Below are positions 18,760-29,191 of a stretch of 64,000 nt of DNA, in pieces. The notes under the pieces are model-generated. The model was not told where the DNA came from, did no database searches, and saw only the letters and a program-made list of their open reading frames with translations. Origin of the DNA: an uncultured Planctomycetaceae bacterium (lineage in GTDB: Bacteria; Planctomycetota; Planctomycetia; Isosphaerales; Isosphaeraceae); contig CAWIAD010000002.1 in assembly GCA_963833985.1 (NCBI GenBank), positions 3,200,001-3,264,000 on the forward strand, written 5' to 3'. Each line of letters starts with the position of its first letter. Position 1 is the first letter of the stretch. A program made the position numbers and the translations under genes.

Positions 18760-21700
18760 ATGAATCCCACCGTCTTCGCGATGCGGCGTCCCGTGACGAC
18801 CATGATGATGGTCGTGGCTCTGGTCAGCGGTGGCATCCTTGCCTACAACCGCATGCGAGTGGATATCTTTCCCTCGCTGAACACACCAAAAATCTACGTC
18901 TTTCTCGACTACATCGGCATGAGCGCCGACCAGATCGAGGGCTTCATCGTCAACCAGCTGGAACTCTACTTCCAGTACGTGGATGGCATCCAGGACATCA
19001 ATACCCGGAACATCCAGCAGGTGGCTCTCTGTGAACTGTCGTTCTTTCCCGGCACCGACATGGGCCAGGCAATGGCTCAGGTGGTAGCAATGTCCGACCG
19101 GGCCATGTCGTGGATGCCCAAGGGGACGTTGCCGCCGATGATCATGCGCATGGACGCCGGCAGCGTGCCGGTGGGCTACCTGGTCTTCGAGAGCAAGGAG
19201 ACGTCCCTGGGGGCGATGGGGGACCTGGCGCAGAACGTGGTGCGGCCGCTGGTGCAGAAGTTCGTGCCCGGCACGGTGGCGATCTCGCCGTTCGGCCCGA
19301 ACATGCGGTCCATCGTCATCAATGTCGATCCGCACAAGCTGCGCGATTACAACGTCACGCCGCATCAGGTGATCGAGGCCCTGTCGAAGGGGAACACGAT
19401 CATTCCGGCGGGGAATATTTACATCAAGGATTCCATGCCGGTGGTCGCCAACAATGCGACCGTGGTGGACATCAGCCGTCTGGGAGATATTCCGCTCAAG
19501 ATCGGTCTGAACGTTTACCTGCGCGACGTGGCGACGTTCTCGGATGACACCGACATCACCTACGGCTACGCGCTGGTCAACGGCAAGAAGTCGGTGTACT
19601 TGCCGATCATCAAGAAGGACACCGGCTCGACGCTGGCCGTCGTGGCCGACGTTCACAGGTCGATGCAGCTCTTCCGCGACGCGGTGCCCAAGGACGTGAC
19701 GGTGAACTTCGAGTTCGACGAATCGCCCACGGTGGTCGCCGCGGTGGAGAGCGTCGCCACCGAGGGATTGATCGGCGCGGGCCTGACGGGGCTGATGATC
19801 CTGCTGTTCCTCCGCGACTGGAGGAGCGTGGTGGTCGTGGTGCTCACCATTCCCCTGGCCCTGCTGGGCTCGCTCTTCGGGCTCTGGGTGACGGGCAACA
19901 CCATCAACATCATGTCGCTGGGCGGGCTGGCTCTGGCCATCGGCATCCTTGTGGATATGGCAACGGTCACCATCGAGAATGTGAACGTGCAGATGGCGCG
20001 CACGCCGAAGATCGCCACGGCCGTACTCCACGGTAGCCTTACCACGGCGGTGCCCATACTGCTCGCCCTGCTGTGCATCTTGTCGGTATTCGTCCCCGCA
20101 TTCATCATGGCCGACCCGTTGCGGTCGCTCTTCATGCCGCTGACACTGGCCGTGGGTTTCGCCATGATCACGGCCTACCTGCTTTCCAGCACGCTCGTGC
20201 CCATTCTGTGTGTGAGTCTGCTGTCCCATGCGGGTCATCATGACCAGGCCGGCGGGTTGTTCGCTCGTTTCCTTGGCGGCTATCGAATGCTGGTGGGCTG
20301 GTTCGTGCGCGCGCGGCGCGTCGTCGTCCCGGCTTACCTGGCGATCTGCGGCCTGATTCTCTGGTTGTTCGGTTCTCAGGTCGGCAAGGAACTGTTCCCG
20401 CAGATCGATTCGGGGCAGTTCGTGCTGCGGTTCCGGCCTCCGCCGGGCTCGAACTTCGAGCTCACCCGGCAGATGGCCGTGAAGTGCCTGGAAGAGATCG
20501 AGCGCGAGGCGAAACCCGAGAACATCCAGATCACTATGGGTTTCGTGGGTCAGGTGGCGCCGAACTTCGGCATCGACAACATGGTGCTGTTCATGCGCGG
20601 GCCCGACGACGGCCAGCTGCGCGTGGCCTTGCGCGAAGACAGTGGAATCAAGCTGGACCGGTTCCGGGAGAAGCTGCGCAAGGTGCTTCCCGAGCGCGTG
20701 ATTCCCTGGCTGGCCCAGCGGCTGGAGCAGGGGGGCCTGTCGAAGAACGACGCCCAGATCGAGGCCAGGAAGTCGACCTTCGGTTTCGAGCCCGGCGACA
20801 TCGTGACCAGCGTCATGAGCTTCGGCTCGGCCAAGCCCATCGCGGTGCGCGTGGTCGGCACCGACCTGAAGATGGTGCGGCAGCACGCCGAGAAGATCGC
20901 CGGAAGACTCAAGGAGAACCCGTTCCTGCGCGACGTTTCGTTCGACCAGACGCTCGATTATCCGAGTGTCGAGGTCAATATCGACCGCGAGAAGGCCGGT
21001 CTGAGCAATGTGAACGTCGAGGACGTGGCCCACGCCCTGGTGATGGCGACGGCCTCCACACGCTTCGCCAACCTGAACTACTGGGTGGACGTGAAGACCG
21101 GCTTTGACTACCTGGTCCAGATCCAGATTCCGCCCCTCCGCATGGAGAAGCCCGAGGACGTGGAGATCTTGCCGCTGGAATCGGTCAATCCGCTGGTGAA
21201 CCTGATGATCCGCGACGTGGCGAAGGTGCGCCAGGGCGTTCGCCCCGGTGAGCTCGACCGCGACATGTCGCAGCGCTACGTGACGCTCGTGTCCAACGTG
21301 GAAGGCGAGGACATGGGCCGGGCGTCGGACCAGGTGGCGCAGGCGATTGCCACGGCTGGTGAGCCGCCCCGCGGCGTCCGCGTCGAGCCGATGGGTCAGT
21401 TGCCGCCCATGCTGGAGATGTTCAAGGCCTTGTATGTGGGAATGGGAGTGGCGGTGTTCGTGATCTTCGTGCTGCTCACGGCCTACTTCCAGTCGCCCCG
21501 GCTGGCCCTGATCTCCATCGGTGCCGTCCCCGGCGTGCTCGCCGGCATCGCGACCATTCTTTACTTCACCAACACCTCGCTGAACATCGAGTCGTTCATG
21601 GGTTCGATCATGAGTCTGGGCGTCTCGGTGTCCAACTCGGTCCTGCTGGTCACGTTCATGGATGAATACTGGAAAGCGGGAGCAAGAGCCAGCGAGGCTG

Positions 21701-22281
21701 CGGTGGTGGGCGCGGGCGACCGGCTGCGGCCGATTCTCATGACGGCCTGCGCCATGACGGTGGGTATGGTGCCCATGGCGCTGGCGCTGGAACGAGGCAG
21801 CCAGATGCAGGCCCCGCTGGGACTGGCTGTGATCGGCGGACTGGTCATGTCCACCTTCGCGACCCTGCTGGTGCTCCCCTCGATCTTCTCCATGGTGATC
21901 GGCAGTCGCATCTTCCACACTCCATCGATCTACCCGGATGACCGCCAGAGCGTGCACTATGACGCAACGGTTTTCGCGGAGGATGGCGATCACGAGAGCC
22001 AGAGAGCCAGCGGGATCACGGGCGCGAGTGCAGCTCGGACGTCGGATGAGATCATCGGGTTCCTCAGGAGCATCCTGCACGAGGTGCGGTCGAAGCGGGA
22101 CGACATGGTCACACACCACAACGTCAATGACCTGCTGCGCACCCTGGGCTTTGGCAAGGAGCGACCCTCGGAGGGAGGCGACTCTGGCCCGCACGATGGA
22201 TCTGCCCCGCCGCTTGATGGCCTGGACGCAGGACTTGAACCGGTCGAGCCCCCGGTCGTTACAATGCAAGGAGAGAAATGA
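18760..22281 (+). CDS. RND efflux permease, copy 2
   Basis: Colinear with 13024-16512 and identical over long stretches; TM4 reads ILVDMATV instead of ILVDESTV. Confidence 0.95.
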   Translation: MNPTVFAMRRPVTTMMMVVALVSGGILAYNRMRVDIFPSLNTPKIYVFLDYIGMSADQIEGFIVNQLELYFQYVDGIQDINTRNIQQVALCELSFFPGTDMGQAMAQVVAMSDRAMSWMPKGTLPPMIMRMDAGSVPVGYLVFESKETSLGAMGDLAQNVVRPLVQKFVPGTVAISPFGPNMRSIVINVDPHKLRDYNVTPHQVIEALSKGNTIIPAGNIYIKDSMPVVANNATVVDISRLGDIPLKIGLNVYLRDVATFSDDTDITYGYALVNGKKSVYLPIIKKDTGSTLAVVADVHRSMQLFRDAVPKDVTVNFEFDESPTVVAAVESVATEGLIGAGLTGLMILLFLRDWRSVVVVVLTIPLALLGSLFGLWVTGNTINIMSLGGLALAIGILVDMATVTIENVNVQMARTPKIATAVLHGSLTTAVPILLALLCILSVFVPAFIMADPLRSLFMPLTLAVGFAMITAYLLSSTLVPILCVSLLSHAGHHDQAGGLFARFLGGYRMLVGWFVRARRVVVPAYLAICGLILWLFGSQVGKELFPQIDSGQFVLRFRPPPGSNFELTRQMAVKCLEEIEREAKPENIQITMGFVGQVAPNFGIDNMVLFMRGPDDGQLRVALREDSGIKLDRFREKLRKVLPERVIPWLAQRLEQGGLSKNDAQIEARKSTFGFEPGDIVTSVMSFGSAKPIAVRVVGTDLKMVRQHAEKIAGRLKENPFLRDVSFDQTLDYPSVEVNIDREKAGLSNVNVEDVAHALVMATASTRFANLNYWVDVKTGFDYLVQIQIPPLRMEKPEDVEILPLESVNPLVNLMIRDVAKVRQGVRPGELDRDMSQRYVTLVSNVEGEDMGRASDQVAQAIATAGEPPRGVRVEPMGQLPPMLEMFKALYVGMGVAVFVIFVLLTAYFQSPRLALISIGAVPGVLAGIATILYFTNTSLNIESFMGSIMSLGVSVSNSVLLVTFMDEYWKAGARASEAAVVGAGDRLRPILMTACAMTVGMVPMALALERGSQMQAPLGLAVIGGLVMSTFATLLVLPSIFSMVIGSRIFHTPSIYPDDRQSVHYDATVFAEDGDHESQRASGITGASAARTSDEIIGFLRSILHEVRSKRDDMVTHHNVNDLLRTLGFGKERPSEGGDSGPHDGSAPPLDGLDAGLEPVEPPVVTMQGEK

Positions 22282-22364
22282 TGTCGACGGTTCCGCCCAG
22301 TGCGGAGGAATGTCAATGCTCCAGGGCGGTGGCGCCGCGTCGCCGCCCTCATACCTGGAGATCC

Positions 22365-24170
22365 ATGATGCGCCGCCAAGTCTGCCAACCCCGCGCGAGA
22401 TGGTCTTCCCCATGCTTGCCCGCTGGACTCTGCCTGCTGGCCGCCCTGGCGACGGCAGGCTGCGGTGAAGAGGAAAAGTCGCATTACACGAGCGTCGCCG
22501 AGCCGCCGACTGTGCGGGTTGTCCAGCCTGAGGTGCGCACGATCACGCGGCTTGTCGGCCAGCCGAGCTTCATCGAGGCGTACGAGCGGACCTCGATCTA
22601 TCCCAAGCTCACGGCGTACATCGACAAGTGGATCGTCGACATCGGCGACAAGGTGAAGAAGGGGGACGTACTGGCCACCCTTTTCGTACCCGAGCTGGTG
22701 GAGGACTTCGGCACCAAGAAGGCCACCGTGAAGCTGGATGAAGAGCGTGTCGACCTTGCCAGCAAGCTGGTGGAAGTCGCGGAAGCGGACGTCAAGGCCG
22801 CCGAGGCGCAACTGGTGGAAGCCAAGGCGATTCTGGCCAAGTACGAGGCCGAGGTCGATCGCTGGGACACGGAAGTCAAGCGGCTCACGCGCGAGGTGAA
22901 GCAGGGCGTCGTTGACCCGCAGATCCTCCTGGAATCCACCAACCAGTGGAAGTCCAGCGTGGCCTCGCGGGATGCCGCCAGGGCCACGATCACCAAGGCC
23001 GAGGCCGAGCTGCTCTCCCGGCGAGCCACACTCGCGAAGGCGCGCGTGGACGTCTCGGTGGCCAAGGCCGACCTGGCGGTGGCCACCAGCGAGGCCAAGC
23101 GGATCGAGGCGTGGGTTGGCTACCTCACGCTCACCGCCCCCTTCAACGGAGTGATCGTCACCCGTAATGCCAACACGTTCGACTTCGTCCTGCCATCCTC
23201 CGGCGACCCGACGGCCGATGCGCGTGCCCCGCACCTCTCTCCCTCCGGAGGCGCCGCCCCCATCTATGTCGTCGACCGGACCGACGTGGTGCGGATTTTC
23301 GTCGATATTCCCGAGCAAGACGCAGACTACGTGCACGGCAGCGACTTGCGGCTCATGCCGGCGATCAAGGAACCCGGCGAGCTGCCGTCTGCCGGCAAGG
23401 ACCTCGTGGTTCTGGCGAACCGCGGCGGTGTGCTCTGGGTGCGAATTTTCAACTCCGCCGGAAAGCGGGTCGTGGACGGCGACGAGAAGCAGTTCGCCGC
23501 GAAGGAATCGGTGCTCGGCGAGCTCAAGTCCTTGCTCGCCGTGCTCTGGAAGACTCCGCGCATCTCTCCGCTGGACAAGGACCGTGTCCTCGCAGTGCTT
23601 GGCTCGCTCTGCGGCGAGTCCGCGGTCCCCGTCGGGACCAGGGCCACCGTGCTGGCGCAGGCCTACCGCGACGAGCCCATTCCCGGCACCGTCACCCGCA
23701 CGTCGTGGGCGCTGAACGTCAAGAGCCGCACGCTGCGCGCGGAGATCGACCTTCCCAACCCAGGCAGCCAGCTCCTGCCGGGGATGTATGCCTACGCCAA
23801 CGTGATCATTGATCGGCCTGGGGTCCGTGCGCTGCCGGTCTCGGCGCTGACGCACAGCGGCGATCAGACCTTCTGCTGGATCTACAGAGATGGCCATGCC
23901 GAACGCGCCGAGATCCAGACCGGCGTGAGCGACGGTCTCTGGGTGGAAGTCACCAACCTCGGGCAAAAGAAGAGCGGTCCGGACGATCGCGGCTGGCGGC
24001 CGATCAGCGGGACCGAGCAGGTGATCCTGGGCGACCTGTCGATTCTCGCCGAGGGCACGGCTGTGCAACTCTCCGCCGAACCCGCGGCCGCTCAGGCCCC
24101 GGAAACCGGGACTGCGGCCGGAACGGCCACATCCCAGACAGGTGAAGGGAAGCTGGTCCGATCTCGCTGA
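22365..24170 (+). CDS. RND periplasmic adaptor, copy 2, with a 98-aa insertion
   Basis: GGAG RBS before ATG 22365 (alternative start 22278); lipobox ATAGC; colinear with copy 1 except 23337-23630. Confidence 0.92.
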   Translation: MMRRQVCQPRARWSSPCLPAGLCLLAALATAGCGEEEKSHYTSVAEPPTVRVVQPEVRTITRLVGQPSFIEAYERTSIYPKLTAYIDKWIVDIGDKVKKGDVLATLFVPELVEDFGTKKATVKLDEERVDLASKLVEVAEADVKAAEAQLVEAKAILAKYEAEVDRWDTEVKRLTREVKQGVVDPQILLESTNQWKSSVASRDAARATITKAEAELLSRRATLAKARVDVSVAKADLAVATSEAKRIEAWVGYLTLTAPFNGVIVTRNANTFDFVLPSSGDPTADARAPHLSPSGGAAPIYVVDRTDVVRIFVDIPEQDADYVHGSDLRLMPAIKEPGELPSAGKDLVVLANRGGVLWVRIFNSAGKRVVDGDEKQFAAKESVLGELKSLLAVLWKTPRISPLDKDRVLAVLGSLCGESAVPVGTRATVLAQAYRDEPIPGTVTRTSWALNVKSRTLRAEIDLPNPGSQLLPGMYAYANVIIDRPGVRALPVSALTHSGDQTFCWIYRDGHAERAEIQTGVSDGLWVEVTNLGQKKSGPDDRGWRPISGTEQVILGDLSILAEGTAVQLSAEPAAAQAPETGTAAGTATSQTGEGKLVRSR

Positions 24171-24415
24171 AGCCCTGGCCGCGGAGCCTTTCACTGGCTC
24201 TCTGATACGCCCCTCGGCCGTCATGATCCGCACGATCCTCAAACTCGAACCGCATTTCACGGTTCGGGGCGGGGGTTGCCCCGTCACCAGAGTAAGATCC
24301 TGGAATTCAGACCCTTTAATCATTCAATCACACTGACGCTGAAAACCGATAAATCCCGTGAACCGGTCGGAACGGCGCAGGCCGCTTCCTCCGCAGGGAA
24401 CGGTACAGGGATGTC

Positions 24416-26222
24416 ATGAGGTGCAGAACGATGGAACGATCCACCTGGGCATGGATGCCCGCGGCGGCTCTGCTGCTCTGCGGGGTGGGCGCCTCGCGGG
24501 CTTTCGCGCAGGCACCGGTACCGCCTTCCCCGATGCCTTCGACCGTGAACCCGCTGGCCGGCCCGACTCTGGGGCCGCCACCGTTTCCGCCGTCCGCGGG
24601 GGGCCTGCCCGGAACGAGCCCGGCGCTCGGCGGCGGCTCTGGCACTGGCGGACGCAGCGGACAGCCCGCGTTCCCATTACCGCCGGCCTTGCCGGGAACC
24701 TCCGGGCCGCAGCCGCCGGTACGGCTTCCGGGAACGCCGGCGGGCGCCAATCCCGTCGCGCGGCCGGAGGTCAATCCGCTGGCCACCGGCATGCGGCTGC
24801 GGCCGGTTCCCTACGAATCCACGGACCTGCGCTTCCCGATCAGCCTGGCGGCCGCGCTGCGGCTGGCGGACGCCCGGCCGCTGATCGTGGCGGCCGCGCA
24901 GGCGGGCGTCTGGGTGGCCGAGGCCCAGTTGCTGCGCGCCAAGGTGCTCTGGATTCCCACGCTCAACATCGGCTTCGACTACCTGCGGCACGACGGCGGC
25001 GGCCCGGACTTCAACAAGGGCATCATGACCGCCCCGAGCGTGAACTTCTTCTACGGCGGTGCCGGCATGTGGGGCGTCCTCTCCGGAACCGACATCATCT
25101 TCCAGCCGCTGGCCGCTCGGCAGTACCTCAACTCGGCACACTGGGGAATTCAGTACGCCAAGAACGAGGCGCTGCTCCAGACTGCGATGGCCTACTTCAG
25201 CGTCCACCAGTATCGCGGCATGTACGCCGGCGGCCTGTACGTCGTCGAACGCGGCCACGAGCTGGTCGACCGCATCGCCAACCTGAGCCGCGAGTTCGTG
25301 CCCAGGGTGGAAGTCGACCGGGCGCGGAACCTGCTGGCCGAGCTCGAGCAGCAAACGGTCTACTCGCGGCAGGAGTGGCGTGTCGCCAGCGCCAACCTGA
25401 CCCAGGTGCTGCGGCTCGACCCGCGCTGTCGTCGAGCCGCTGGAGCACGACCACGCGCAGGTCACACTCATCGACCCCACGAGGTCGCTCGATGAAATGA
25501 TGCCGATCGCGCTCACCAACCGCCCCGAGCTGGGCGCCTACCAGGCCATTGTGCAGGCGTTCATGCGGCAGATCCAGCGCGAGAAGGCGCGGCCGTTCCT
25601 GCCCAGCGTGCTGATCAACGGCTTTCAGACTCCGTACGAGATGATCCAGGCCGGTATCTTCGGCCTTGGCCCCAACAGCAGCATGAACCAGTGGCGCGGC
25701 CGCGACGATTTGAGCTACCAGCCCCTGTGGCAGCTCGAGGCGTTCGGCATCGGCAACCTGGCGCGGATCAAGGAGCAGCGCGGGATGCAGTCGAAGGCCA
25801 TCATCGACTACTTCATGAACCAGGACGCGGTGGCGGCCGACGTGACCCGGGCCCTGGCTCGGGTGCAGTCATCGGCGGCCCGGGTTGTCCAGGCCGACCG
25901 TGCCATGCGCACGGCGATCATCACCTTCAACGGCAACTACGAGGGCTTGCAGCAGACCACGCGGCTGGGCAACGTGCTGGTGCTGGTCAACCGGCCGCAG
26001 GAAGCGGTGTTCGCCCTCCAGCTTCTGAAGCTGGCCTTCGACGAGTACTTCACCACGGTCGCCGAGTACAACCGGTCGCAGTTCGAGCTCTTCCACGCGC
26101 TGGGCTACCCGGCACGCGAGCTGGCACAACTGAGATCCCCGGGTGCCGTTGTGCCGGTGGACACGGCGCGGCCTCCGTACTTGCCGCGGGTGGGCAATGG
26201 TCCTCCGCCGGCAACCCGCTGA
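24416..26222 (+). CDS. TolC-like outer membrane factor 1 with Pro-rich N-terminus; 2-nt frameshift near 25424
   Basis: Signal peptide (AFA-Q); ISLAAALRLA..AAAQAGVWVAEAQL; C-terminal EYNRSQFELFHALG; colinear with 27175-29109 across the shift. Confidence 0.85.
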
Positions 26223-26293
26223 TCGCTGGCTGATTGTGATCGCCCGTCGCGTCGTGGTTTGGTCTACCTGCGGTCGCCTGAGGGACCTGATCG

Positions 26294-27061
26294 ATGCACC
26301 GTACGACTCCGAAATATCATCCCAGGCTCGAGCCCCTGGAAGAGAAACGGCTGCTCAGTGCCGGGGGAACCGGGGCGGCGCAGGCGCACGCGAAGCCTGC
26401 CCCGCGGATCCTGCCTGCGCACGCGGCCCACATCGCGCCGGCTCCAGCGGTCGCCGGCGGTACGACGGCTTCGGGGGGTGTCCAGACCCCGCTGGCCGGA
26501 GCAAAGAAGCCCACAAAGGGCTTTCTCATGTACCGCATCACCAACGCCGACCGCTTCAACAACCACTTCGTCCTGCCGTTCCAGCAGGTGATGGTACAGA
26601 CACAGCAGCCGGTGCCGGGTCATACGTATAACCTGCTCTATGTGGTCGCACGAAACGGAACCGCGCAGACCTTCGATGCGAACAGCGGCTTCTACGTGAA
26701 GATCCCCCAGTCGCCGACCAAGTTCCCCATCCTCACGGGCAACGAGCAGTGGAAGCCGGGACACTGGATCATCTTCTACATTCTCACGCAGAAATACTAT
26801 CCGATGCCATCGCAGGTGCACTCGGGATTCCAGTTCGATCTCGCGGGTGCCCGATCCGTCGCGATTCCCGGCCCGTCGGCGATCGCTCTGCGGATCACGT
26901 ATGAGCCGAACCAGTTCAGCACGACGCTGGATCGGATCGTTGTCTTCGGCCAGGGGAACCAGGGAGGGGCAGGCATCAAGAACGGGGGACTGGCGAACAC
27001 CGCCATCAACCAGTTCGTCTTTGCCCTCACCCAGCGCAATGATTTCGGCGGCTATTTCTAG
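26294..27061 (+). CDS. Protein with planctomycete extracellular motif, between the two TolC genes
   Basis: YHPRLEPLEEKRLLS motif; Ala/Pro linker then an aromatic beta-rich domain ending in GGYF. Confidence 0.8.
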   Translation: MHRTTPKYHPRLEPLEEKRLLSAGGTGAAQAHAKPAPRILPAHAAHIAPAPAVAGGTTASGGVQTPLAGAKKPTKGFLMYRITNADRFNNHFVLPFQQVMVQTQQPVPGHTYNLLYVVARNGTAQTFDANSGFYVKIPQSPTKFPILTGNEQWKPGHWIIFYILTQKYYPMPSQVHSGFQFDLAGARSVAIPGPSAIALRITYEPNQFSTTLDRIVVFGQGNQGGAGIKNGGLANTAINQFVFALTQRNDFGGYF

Positions 27062-27174
27062 TCGACACGGAAGTCGACCGGACCGTCCAGAACGGGAACA
27101 TGAGAGCCAAAAGCGCAGGAAGCGAACATGGCACTGGTCTCCTGGAGAGCCAAGGAAATCGAGGGGGGCTCCTC

Positions 27175-29109
27175 ATGAAAAGCGCCGCCGGCTGGTCCAC
27201 GACCATGGGACTGGCCGCTCTACTGGCCTGCCTTGCCGTCACGCCCGGCAGGGCGCAGGCCCCGACGCCAGCGAGGACCCCGAGCGCCACCCGTCCCGAT
27301 CTGCCGGGCCGGCTGGAGCCGATGACGCTCCCCCCGCCCGTCGATCCCGACCCGAAGGACGGCGTCGGCGGTCCATCGGCGCTGCCGTCGACAGTCTCTC
27401 CGGCCATCGAGCGGTACGTCAAGCAAAGCGGCCGGGTGCTGCCTCCGCTGCGGCTCTCTCCGGCAGCGGCCATGATCGAGCGGCGGCAGGAGCAGCCTTC
27501 GCCGGCCAGGGCCACGGCGCCGCTGCGTTCCGGCACCGTGTCGCCCCCGCTGGCCCAGGCGGGTCAGCCGAACTTGCGGCAAGGCGCGCCTTCCTTGCCA
27601 GCGCCGTTACTCCCGATCGCACAACCTCCGAGGGCCGGCATCCCCGTGACGGGTGCCTCGCCTTTGGCCTTCAACCTCAAGCTCAAGTCCGCTCCACTCG
27701 AGCCGACGGACCTGCGGTTTCCCATCAACCTGGCGACCGCTCTGCGGCTGGCCGACGCGCGGCCGCTCATCGTCGCCTCCGCCCAGGCGAGCGTGTGGGT
27801 CGCCGAGGCACAGCTCACCCGTGCCAAGATCCTCTGGGTGCCGTCGGTTCTGCTGGGCGCCGATTACATCCGCCATGACGGCGGCGGCCCGGATATCAAC
27901 AAGGGCGTCATGACGTTTCCCAGTGCGAACTTCTTCTACGCCGGTCCAAGTTTGTACCAGTACGTCAACCTCACGGATGTCATCTTCGAGCCGCTGGCCG
28001 CACGGCAGGAGCTGAACGCGAGACAGTGGGACACGCAGGCCGCCAAGAACGACGCCCTGCTCCAGACCGCGGACGCCTACTTCCTGGTTCACCAGTATCG
28101 CGGGATGTACGCCGGCGCACTCTACACCGTTGACCTGGGTCAGGACCTGGTCGATCGCATCGCCAGCCTGAGCAGCGAACTGGTCTCCGCGGTGGAGGTG
28201 GACCGGGCCAGAAACTTCCTGGCCGACCTGGAGCAGCGCGCCGTGATGGCGCGGCAGGAATGGCGTGTCTCGAGCGCCAATCTCACCCAGGTGCTGCGGC
28301 TCGATCCCCGGGCCGTCGTCGACCCGATGGAGCACGACCACACCCAGGTCACGCTCATCGACCCTGCGCGCTCCTATGACGACCTGATGCCGATTGCCCT
28401 CACCAACCGTCCCGAGATCCTCTCGCGGCGGGCGCTGGTGCAGAGGGCGGAGCTCACCGTCCGCCGCGAGAAATCACGTCCGCTCCTGCCGCTGATCATG
28501 CTCAACGGCTTCCAGAGCGCGGGCATGTTCATCCAGGGCGGCGTCTTCGCGCTGGGTCCCAACAGCAGCCTCAACCAGTGGGTTGGCCGCGACGACGTCA
28601 CGATCCAGCTCATGTGGCAGCTGGAAAACTTCGGCATGGGCAACCTGGGCAGGATCAAGGCGCAGCGCGGCAACGAGTCGCGGACGATCATTGAACTGCG
28701 GAATGCTCAGGACAGGGCGGTGGCCGAGGTGACACGCGCCGTCTCACGACTGCAATCGGCGGCGGCCCGTGTGCTGCAAGCCGACCGAGCGCTCCGCGCG
28801 GGCATCATCACGTTCAACGGGCACCTTGAGGGCCTGGGTCAGACCCGGCGCCTGGGGAACGTGCTGGTCCTGACATTCCGGCCCCAGGAGGCGGTCTACT
28901 CGCTCGACCTCCTGAGTCTGGCCTTCAATGAATACTTCACGACGGTCGCGGAGTACAACCGCGCCCAGTTCGATCTCTACCACGCTCTGGGCTTCCCGGC
29001 GGCCGAGCTGGCACGGTTCCGTCCCGCTGGCGAGGTCTTGCCGGTGGACACCTCTCGGCCGGCATTCCTTCCGCGGGTGGGCAATGGGCCGCCGGCGGCC
29101 ACCCGTTAG
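27175..29109 (+). CDS. TolC-like outer membrane factor 2
   Basis: Signal peptide (AQA-P), Pro-rich region, INLATALRLADARP, helical repeats, EYNRAQFDLYHALG. Confidence 0.88.
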   Translation: MKSAAGWSTTMGLAALLACLAVTPGRAQAPTPARTPSATRPDLPGRLEPMTLPPPVDPDPKDGVGGPSALPSTVSPAIERYVKQSGRVLPPLRLSPAAAMIERRQEQPSPARATAPLRSGTVSPPLAQAGQPNLRQGAPSLPAPLLPIAQPPRAGIPVTGASPLAFNLKLKSAPLEPTDLRFPINLATALRLADARPLIVASAQASVWVAEAQLTRAKILWVPSVLLGADYIRHDGGGPDINKGVMTFPSANFFYAGPSLYQYVNLTDVIFEPLAARQELNARQWDTQAAKNDALLQTADAYFLVHQYRGMYAGALYTVDLGQDLVDRIASLSSELVSAVEVDRARNFLADLEQRAVMARQEWRVSSANLTQVLRLDPRAVVDPMEHDHTQVTLIDPARSYDDLMPIALTNRPEILSRRALVQRAELTVRREKSRPLLPLIMLNGFQSAGMFIQGGVFALGPNSSLNQWVGRDDVTIQLMWQLENFGMGNLGRIKAQRGNESRTIIELRNAQDRAVAEVTRAVSRLQSAAARVLQADRALRAGIITFNGHLEGLGQTRRLGNVLVLTFRPQEAVYSLDLLSLAFNEYFTTVAEYNRAQFDLYHALGFPAAELARFRPAGEVLPVDTSRPAFLPRVGNGPPAATR

Positions 29110-29191
29110 CGGTCGCCGGCGAGCAGGGACGCTCGCCAGCGCATGGGTTGGAACATTCCTACGGATCCACGATATTGACAGGAGCTCGCCG

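Noticed and set aside
18646..22413. 1255-aa minus-strand ORF and similar long antisense ORFs (21990-24323, 14881-16428, 56943-58595, 59577-60974)
   Set aside because: Shadow ORFs opposite well-supported genes, expected in high-GC DNA; no recognisable motifs.
23337..23630. Intein in adaptor 2 (also considered for the PurD insert)
   Set aside because: No N-terminal Cys/Ser with C-terminal His-Asn followed by C/S/T; the PurD insert is explained by duplication.
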